In this document: piece after piece, positions 52,181 to 58,757 of the stretch
Numbering within the stretch: position 1 is the stretch's first letter
Layout: every line of letters begins with the position of its first letter
Translations under genes and position numbers: made by a program
Assembly: GCA_037441385.1 (NCBI GenBank)
Contig: JBBISH010000001.1
Location: forward strand, 113,546 to 177,545
Origin: Myxococcales bacterium
Lineage (GTDB): Bacteria; Myxococcota_A; UBA9042
Direction of reading: 5' to 3'
Length of the DNA stretch: 64,000 bases
The notes under the pieces: generated by a model
Databases searched by the model: none
Told to the model about the DNA's origin: nothing
The model's input: the letters and a program-made list of their open reading frames with translations, nothing else

Positions 52181-52861
52181 TTAGGGGTGGACCACAGCGC
52201 TATCGTGCGGCGCGCGAAGCGAGGCCTCGCGCACCAAAAGTCCCGCAATCAGCTGTCCCACCTCGGCATCAAGGAGGGCCAGTGTCCGCGGAATGAATAC
52301 GGTCAGCGACGGCCGGCGCGGAGCGACGGTGCGACCCGCCGCTTCTTCCAGCTCGCTCGCCGAGGGAAACAGAAAGAATCCCGCGCGCGTATCGATGGTA
52401 TCGGTGCAGCCGCACGGCGCAGTCAGCGCCAGTTCGCCGTCCAGGACCAGGAACAAACCGCGCGACAGGTGATCGGTCTGCAGCAGCACTTGATTCCGTT
52501 CGCAGCGCAGCACCATCACGCCCGGCTGCTGGAGCAGAGCGGCCAGGCCGGGCAATTGCGCGTGGTATTGCGCGGTGATGGCAGCGTATGGATTGCCGTC
52601 TGGGGCGAACTGCGCCACGGTTTCGGCGTGCGTCTGTGGGAGATGGACCTCGACCGGCGCTGGCCCCGTTGCCTCGGCAGCGCCGACGTGTTCGGAAGTG
52701 CGATGACGCGACGACTCGGCCGACGGCACCACTTGCCGCGAGCCCACGGCCCCCGCGCGCTGCACGCCAGCGTCGCCCACCGGCTTGGGTGCGGGACTGG
52801 GCCCCGCAGCCGTATCGGAGAGAACATGCGGCGGTGGCACGGGGCGCGAAGGCAAGGGCAA
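52181..52861 (-). CDS. Hypothetical protein with degenerate cNMP-binding-like domain
   Basis: QVLLQTDHLSRGLFLVLDGEL resembles the CAP_ED N-terminal strands; start uncertain. Confidence 0.5.
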   Translation of the reverse strand: MPLPSRPVPPPHVLSDTAAGPSPAPKPVGDAGVQRAGAVGSRQVVPSAESSRHRTSEHVGAAEATGPAPVEVHLPQTHAETVAQFAPDGNPYAAITAQYHAQLPGLAALLQQPGVMVLRCERNQVLLQTDHLSRGLFLVLDGELALTAPCGCTDTIDTRAGFFLFPSASELEEAAGRTVAPRRPSLTVFIPRTLALLDAEVGQLIAGLLVREASLRAPHDSAVVHP

Positions 52862-53062
52862 CTCCTACGGGTTCGGGTTCCGGTCCCCACTTGGCCGAGT
52901 CCACTGGACTCGCTCATCCCTGCGGATACGTGGGGGCGCCTAGTTCAAGCGTCGGTTCGGGTTTCTGGTCCAGCTCAGCCGAGTTGCTGCGCCGGGGGTC
53001 TTACCGGAGCGACATATACGCCGCTTGGCCGCGGCGCGCCTTGGCGTGCGTCAAGGCCGAAC

Positions 53063-53076
53063 GTGATCTGGATCAA
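53063..53076. promoter_or_regulatory. FNR-like box (GTGAT-CTGG-ATCAA) in the divergent cco/hemN region
   Basis: One mismatch to TTGAT-N4-ATCAA. Confidence 0.7.
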
Positions 53077-53270
53077 TTTCACGCGTAACGCCAGATTGGG
53101 CGTGACAAAACTCCGACATGCATCCGCAGCCATACGGCGTAAGTCGTTGAAAGATGGTGGAGCAACCCGTCGATGTGACAATCCGGCGACACCGACTGGC
53201 GCGAAACTTCGGGTTTACCGGCTACACTGACGATCACGGGGCGGGCGCACAGCCCGCGGTGGAGCACCCT

Positions 53271-54704
53271 ATGCAGCAATCTGGTACGCGCAGTGCCGCA
53301 GCGCTGTCGGCAACGACCGCCAGCCTGAATGATCCGAGTTCTCTTGAAGTTTTGAAGCGTTATGCTGGGCGCGGTCCGCGCTACACGTCGTACCCGCCCG
53401 CGACCGCTTGGCACGATCGGGTCGGCGAGACCGATTTCATTCAAGGGCTTGAGATGGTGCGGTCCCGGACGGTGCAGTCACCGCTGTCCGTGTACGTGCA
53501 TCTGCCGTTCTGCCCGAGTCAGTGCTGGTTTTGCGCCTGCAACGTGCTCATTACGCCGCGTACCGACCTGCAAGACGCCTACTTGGACGCGGTCGAGAAA
53601 GAAATCGAGATGCTGCGCCCGCACTTGCCCACGGGCGAGGTCGTGCAATTGCACTGGGGCGGCGGCTCGCCCAGCTTCTTGACGCCCGTGCAGATGCAGC
53701 GGCTGATGGGCCTGCTGCGCGGGGCGTTCCGCCTTGCCAAAGATGCTGAGATCGCGCTGGAAGTTGACCCGCGCATCACCTCGGACGACCATCTGTCGAC
53801 CCTGCGCAGCCTGGGCTTCAACCGCCTGTCCATGGGCGTGCAAGACGTGGACGACGAGGTGCAGGTCGCGATCCATCGCCAGCAATCGCTCGAGACGACG
53901 GCTAATTTCGTCAAGCGTTGCCGCGACATCGGCTTTGGCAGCTTGAACGTGGACCTGATCTACGGCTTGCCGGCTCAGACCGAGGAAAGCTTTGACAAAA
54001 CGCTCAGTTCGGTCATGGACATTGGACCCGATCGGGTCGCGCTGTACAGCTATGCGCACGTGCCGTGGCTCAAGCCCAGCCAACGGCGCATCGACGAGGC
54101 GCGCATCCCTGGGCCCGAACTGCGGTTTTCGCTGTTTCGTCAAGCGTTGCGCCGTTTTGGCGAGGGTGGCTACGCGGACATCGGCCTGGACCACTTTGCC
54201 AAGCCGACCGACGAACTGGCGATCGCCCGGCAAGACGGCACGCTGCAGCGCAATTTCATGGGCTACACCACCCGCTCCGGTGCCGAGCTCGTCGGCATCG
54301 GCCTCTCGTCGATCGGCCAAGTGGCGGGCCGCTTCATCCAAAACGAGAAGAAGCTCAAGAGCTACTACGAGCTCATCGAGTCCGGGCATCTGCCGGTCGA
54401 ACGCGGCTACGTGATGACGGCCGACGACCTGGTGCGCCAAGAGGTGATCCAGCAGCTGATGTGCCAGGGTCGCATCGACAAGCGCGCGATCGAGAAGCGG
54501 TTTACCGTAGACTTCGACGCCTACTTTGCCGAGTCGCTCAAGAAGCTGGCGCCGCACGCGGCCGACGGCCTGCTCGAGCTGGGCAGCGACTACGTCACGC
54601 CCACGGCCCTGGGCCGGGTGCTGGTGCGGGTGCTGGCGATGGCGTTTGACGCCCACTTGCCCAAGCCGGGCGAGGCCGGACCGCGCTTTTCGGCGACCGT
54701 GTAG
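53271..54704 (+). CDS. hemN: Oxygen-independent coproporphyrinogen III oxidase
   Basis: GPRYTSYP, YVHLPFC-x3-C-x2-C, HWGGG, RNFMGY. Confidence 0.97.
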   Translation: MQQSGTRSAAALSATTASLNDPSSLEVLKRYAGRGPRYTSYPPATAWHDRVGETDFIQGLEMVRSRTVQSPLSVYVHLPFCPSQCWFCACNVLITPRTDLQDAYLDAVEKEIEMLRPHLPTGEVVQLHWGGGSPSFLTPVQMQRLMGLLRGAFRLAKDAEIALEVDPRITSDDHLSTLRSLGFNRLSMGVQDVDDEVQVAIHRQQSLETTANFVKRCRDIGFGSLNVDLIYGLPAQTEESFDKTLSSVMDIGPDRVALYSYAHVPWLKPSQRRIDEARIPGPELRFSLFRQALRRFGEGGYADIGLDHFAKPTDELAIARQDGTLQRNFMGYTTRSGAELVGIGLSSIGQVAGRFIQNEKKLKSYYELIESGHLPVERGYVMTADDLVRQEVIQQLMCQGRIDKRAIEKRFTVDFDAYFAESLKKLAPHAADGLLELGSDYVTPTALGRVLVRVLAMAFDAHLPKPGEAGPRFSATV

Positions 54705-54839
54705 GCCGCTGCGCACGGGCATCTTCAATCATTTCAACAGGTAGAAAATGGCTGCCCCCCGTAGCCGCGCTGCTTTGCTTTCGCTAGACTGGCACCAGGG
54801 AAGCAGGCCACCCGACTTGGCCTGTCCGGCGAGGCGAGC

Positions 54840-55244
54840 ATGGCCCTGTTGCGCGGCATCGAGACGACGGCGATCGGCAAAACCAAGACGCTAGAGATCG
54901 AGTACGAAAAGGGCGGCTACGTCGACAAGAGCGGTCGCAAGGTCGCCGTGCTCGACATGAACTGCTACAGCTGCCTCAACGCCTACTTCATCTTGGAAGA
55001 CGACCCGATCGACTACTGCCCGCACTGCGGTCGCCGCGAGGGTGCGCCGTGGGCCAGCTACGACGAAGCGCTGAGCTGGGCGCGGCCGCACGAGTGGAAG
55101 TACATGAAGAAGCTTGGCCTCTTGCCCTACGGCCTGCGCCGCTTTGACGGGGTGTGGGTGCTGGGCTTTGCCAAGTCGTCCAAGGCCCTCTTTGACACCG
55201 GCAAGTTCGCAGAAGTTCGCTGCTTGCTGCCAGGCGAGGGCTAG
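54840..55244 (+). CDS. Hypothetical zinc-ribbon protein
   Basis: CYSC...CPHCG. Confidence 0.75.
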   Translation: MALLRGIETTAIGKTKTLEIEYEKGGYVDKSGRKVAVLDMNCYSCLNAYFILEDDPIDYCPHCGRREGAPWASYDEALSWARPHEWKYMKKLGLLPYGLRRFDGVWVLGFAKSSKALFDTGKFAEVRCLLPGEG

Positions 55245-55246
55245 CC

Positions 55247-56062
55247 ATGGCGGTGCCGGTCACCTCTGCGACCCCGCGGCAGCCTGCCGCCGGCATCGTC
55301 GTGATCGGCAACGAGGTCCTCAGCGTCAAGGTCGAAGATCGCAACACGCCCGCGCTGTTGCACGGCCTGAACGAGGCCGGTATCCGCGTCGGCGAGGTGG
55401 CCATCATCGCGGACGACGAAGAGCGCATTGCCGAGGTGGTAGCCGGGTTTGCGCGCCGCTTCGACTTGGTCATTACGACCGGCGGCGTGGGGCCCACCCA
55501 CGACGATTGCACCTGGAAATCCGTGGCGCGCGCCTTTGGCGTGCCGATGGTGGAAAACCCGATCGTGCTGGCCAAGATGGAGCGGCGCCTTGGCCATGCG
55601 CCGACCCCCGAGCAGCGCCGGCTGGCCTGGTTACCCCAGGGCACAGAACTGGATGAAGTTCAAGGGAAATGGCCGCTGCTGCGGCTGCGCAACGTCTACG
55701 TCCTGCCCGGCGTGCCGTCGCTGGTGCTGAGCCGACTGCCGCAGATCTGCGCGCGATGGGGTGGCCAACGCCCCGACCTGGCCACCGCCTATTGGCGGTG
55801 CGACGAATTCGAAGTGGTGCCGGCGATCGACGCGGTGGTGGCCGAGTTCGGCGATCTGGAAATCGGCAGCTACCCGATCCTAGAGCCCGATGATCACAAA
55901 TTGCGCCTGACCTTCGAAGGTTGGGATCGAACCCGCGTGGCACAGGCCGTAACCCGGGCCACCGAGCGGATCGGCAAAGAGCAGTTGGTGCGGGTGGAGT
56001 GGCGAGTGACGGTTCCGGCCAAGGCTGAATACACCGCCGCGGCCACATTGGGGGACCCATGA
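55247..56062 (+). CDS. CinA N-terminal / molybdopterin-binding domain protein
   Basis: IGNEVL, TGGVGPTHDD, LPGVP, IGSYP. Confidence 0.88.
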   Translation: MAVPVTSATPRQPAAGIVVIGNEVLSVKVEDRNTPALLHGLNEAGIRVGEVAIIADDEERIAEVVAGFARRFDLVITTGGVGPTHDDCTWKSVARAFGVPMVENPIVLAKMERRLGHAPTPEQRRLAWLPQGTELDEVQGKWPLLRLRNVYVLPGVPSLVLSRLPQICARWGGQRPDLATAYWRCDEFEVVPAIDAVVAEFGDLEIGSYPILEPDDHKLRLTFEGWDRTRVAQAVTRATERIGKEQLVRVEWRVTVPAKAEYTAAATLGDP

Positions 56063-56075
56063 ACGCGGAGGCGCA

Positions 56076-56579
56076 ATGGCGACCCTGACGTCGGCCAACC
56101 TGCGCCATCGCCTGGTACTGCAACCCCGCGGCTACCAGTTCAGCATCGCGGACAACCTGTACGATCTCAACTGGGTAACGGTGTTGGCCCGTCTGGTGTC
56201 GCCGGGGCAGCCGGGGCGGATCGTCAAGACCCGCCTGGCCACGTGGGAGCTATCGAGCATGGCGGCCCACCTGGAGCAACTAGCCGACGGCACGCGCACG
56301 TTGTGGCAGCCGCGTTTTTTTGATTCGGGCCTGCATTTGTGGCTGATGCGATCCACCGAGCGGCCCGATCTGATCCTGGTTACGGTGGTGCTGGCCCAAG
56401 TCACCGGGCCGCCGCCCATGGATGTCCTTGAGCACTGGCGTGGCGATCGCATGACGCACGAGGACGGATTGCAGGGGTTGCGCTTTGTTTGCACCCGCGG
56501 CGCGTTGGCGCTTTTTGCCGAAGAACTGCGTATCATCATGCAGGCTTACCCTACTCGGGCGCTCCGCCCTACTGGTTGA
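56076..56579 (+). CDS. Hypothetical protein, possibly WapI-like immunity family
   Basis: GGAGG RBS; GYQF-x6-YDLNW motif recalled from WapI-family proteins. Confidence 0.55.
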   Translation: MATLTSANLRHRLVLQPRGYQFSIADNLYDLNWVTVLARLVSPGQPGRIVKTRLATWELSSMAAHLEQLADGTRTLWQPRFFDSGLHLWLMRSTERPDLILVTVVLAQVTGPPPMDVLEHWRGDRMTHEDGLQGLRFVCTRGALALFAEELRIIMQAYPTRALRPTG

Positions 56580-56628
56580 GTAGGACCGCGCTGAAACCCT
56601 GGACCGCCGCCAGAAAATTCCTTTGCGG

Positions 56629-56657
56629 TTGATCGGCCGTTTCCACTCCGCTATCCT
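56629..56657 (+). promoter_or_regulatory. Probable sigma70 promoter (TTGATC-17-TATCCT)
   Basis: Canonical spacing, upstream of the gene at 56834. Confidence 0.5.
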
Positions 56658-56833
56658 CCTGCACCCCCCGGCTCCCAAACGAGCGGTGGGTGTGACCTGT
56701 TGTGACCCACCGTTCTTGAAATTCGTACTCGATTCGTCAAGTTAGAAACCCAACCTGCCGCGATGCCGGCAACGGAGCGGGCGGGCGCTCAATCTGCCCC
56801 CACAGCCCGCAGCAAATCCCCGAGGAGTTCACC

Positions 56834-57559
56834 ATGAAGCGCATTTTCGCGGTCGGCATCGTCTTGGCCTTGGCGGCCGGTTGTGGCAGCACCACCAGCG
56901 GCAACAACGGCGGCGGCGGCACCACTCAAGACACCACGACGACCCAGGACACCACCACCACGACCGACACCAACACCGTCGGCGACACGACCACGGGCGG
57001 CGGCGATACCAAGGCGGACGCCAAAGACACCAGCACCGCCGACGCCAAGAAAGACACTGGCACGGCGCCGGCCAAGTGCGATCCCAAGAACACGGCCTGC
57101 ATGAACACTTGCGTGGCCAGCGCGTGCAGCAAGGAGTCGACCGCTTGCATGGGCGACGCCAAGTGCTCGGCCGCCCTCAAGTGCCTGAACGGCTGCCAGA
57201 CCGCGCCGCTGCCCACCGACCCCACCGCCACCACTTGCTCGCAGAAGTGCGTGGACGCGGCCGGCCAGACGGCGATGGACCTGTTCTATGCCGGCCAGGT
57301 CTGCATGGGCGAGAACTGCATCGCCTGCAAGGCTGGCGACCAGAACTGCCAGGCCACCTGCGCCAGCCAGCTCTGCATCGACTCGCTGGTCGCGTGCGAG
57401 GCCAGCTTCAACTGCATGAGCATCATGAACTGCCTCGACACCGAAAAGTGCCAAGATCAGGCCTGCTTCACCGCTTGCATGAACAAGTTCCCCGACGGCC
57501 AGAGCGATTTTGCCAACCTGGGGCAGTGCTACCAGAGCAACGCCAACGCCTGCAACTAG
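56834..57559 (+). CDS. Cys-rich lipoprotein with Thr/Asp-rich linker
   Basis: GAGGAG RBS, lipobox AAGC, two Cys-rich helical repeats, strong codon bias. Confidence 0.9.
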   Translation: MKRIFAVGIVLALAAGCGSTTSGNNGGGGTTQDTTTTQDTTTTTDTNTVGDTTTGGGDTKADAKDTSTADAKKDTGTAPAKCDPKNTACMNTCVASACSKESTACMGDAKCSAALKCLNGCQTAPLPTDPTATTCSQKCVDAAGQTAMDLFYAGQVCMGENCIACKAGDQNCQATCASQLCIDSLVACEASFNCMSIMNCLDTEKCQDQACFTACMNKFPDGQSDFANLGQCYQSNANACN

Positions 57560-57588
57560 TCGCGCACGCTGACACTTTGGGTCCGTTT

Positions 57589-57630
57589 GGGCGGCTCGGT
57601 GGCCTTGCTACCGGGCCGCTCGGCGTTTTT
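57589..57630 (+). terminator. Probable Rho-independent terminator
   Basis: GGGCGGCTCGGTGGC / GCTACCGGGCCGCTC stem followed by GGCGTTTTT. Confidence 0.7.
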
Positions 57631-57648
57631 GGGCCTAGAACACCAATC

Positions 57649-57818
57649 ACCGGTCTCCAAGGTTCAGAGCAACGAAACCCCTCGCTGACGAAAACTCGTT
57701 GAAGCTCAGTGGGTCGCAAGCTCGCCCCTCTGGGGACTCGCCGCTCCAACTGCGACGGGTTCGGCGCTGCGAAGAATTCGAATTGATCTAGTCTCTGGGC
57801 CCCTTGGCGAAGGGCGGT
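57649..57818. ncRNA. Candidate structured RNA (unassigned)
   Basis: Nested complementary segments found by eye; no family recognised. Confidence 0.3.
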
Positions 57819-57852
57819 TCGCAACCTAGCTTGAGCACTCGCATACAACGAG

Positions 57853-58284
57853 GTGCTTGTGCTCCATCCTTTGCCCCTAGCTATTGCCGCCGTGATCGCC
57901 GTGACCGTGCTGGTGCTGATGCGCCGCGGTCGCATCGACGTGCTCCGTCTGCGCGAATTGTTGGGTGCCGGCGCCGTGCTCGTCGACGTGCGGACGCCCG
58001 GCGAGTTCGACCGCGGACACATTCCCGGCGCGCGCAACGTACCGTTGGCCGACCTGGGAAAATCGCTTGAGTTGCCTACGGATCCGCTACAGCCCGTGGT
58101 CGTGTACTGCCACAGCGGCGCGCGCAGTGCCCTGGCCGCGCGGCAGTTGCGGCGGCGCGGCAGGACCAAGGTATATGACTTTGGCCCCGTGGAGCGCTGG
58201 CCCGAGCCGCTGGAGCGCACGCCGCCGGTCGTGCCGGTTGCAGATCCGCAAGCAGAGCAACCAGAGGTGGCCACAAGCGAGTAG
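57853..58284 (+). CDS. Rhodanese-like domain protein with N-terminal TM helix
   Basis: LVDVRTPGEF, GHIPGA, YCHSGARS; start could be the GTG at 57859. Confidence 0.9.
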   Translation: MLVLHPLPLAIAAVIAVTVLVLMRRGRIDVLRLRELLGAGAVLVDVRTPGEFDRGHIPGARNVPLADLGKSLELPTDPLQPVVVYCHSGARSALAARQLRRRGRTKVYDFGPVERWPEPLERTPPVVPVADPQAEQPEVATSE

Positions 58285-58308
58285 AACTCACCGCCGGCCG
58301 GGCGCGCT

Positions 58309-58698
58309 TCAGTTCAGGCAGCTCGGATCAAAGAGCGCGAACTCGGGAATCTCCACGTCGATCTCGCGTCCGTCCTGCGTGCGCATGTGGTACTTGCCAC
58401 TCATCGTGCCCACAGCGGTGTCCAGTGGGCAGCCCGAGGTGTAGCGAAACGCCTGCCCTGGCGCCAGCCGCGGTTGTACACCCACGACGCCGGGACCGCT
58501 CACGTGCTCGACGCGGCCGTGGCCGTTGGTGATGACCCACTCGCGGCTGATGAGCTGCACTTCCTCCTCGCCCAGATTCGAGATGGTGATGTGGTAGGCA
58601 AAGAACCACTGCCCGTCTTCTGCGGAGCTATGCTCAGCCAGAAACTGGGGTTCGACTTCAACAGCGATCTTGTCGGTCACGGCTTGCGTGCGATTCAT
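58309..58698 (-). CDS. apaG: ApaG protein
   Basis: FAYHITI, QLISREWVIT, GPGVVG, FRYTSGCPL. Confidence 0.95.
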   Translation of the reverse strand: MNRTQAVTDKIAVEVEPQFLAEHSSAEDGQWFFAYHITISNLGEEEVQLISREWVITNGHGRVEHVSGPGVVGVQPRLAPGQAFRYTSGCPLDTAVGTMSGKYHMRTQDGREIDVEIPEFALFDPSCLN

Positions 58699-58757
58699 GC
58701 TCGTCCTCGCCACCGCCGTCCCGCCCATCCACGCGTTGCGGGTGCCGGCGGCGTAGA

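Noticed and set aside
57785..57866. SAM-I riboswitch (GCAACC...GGTGC words before a rhodanese gene)
   Set aside because: Lacks the ATCxAGAG start, kink-turn, AAxTCC segment and P1 closure
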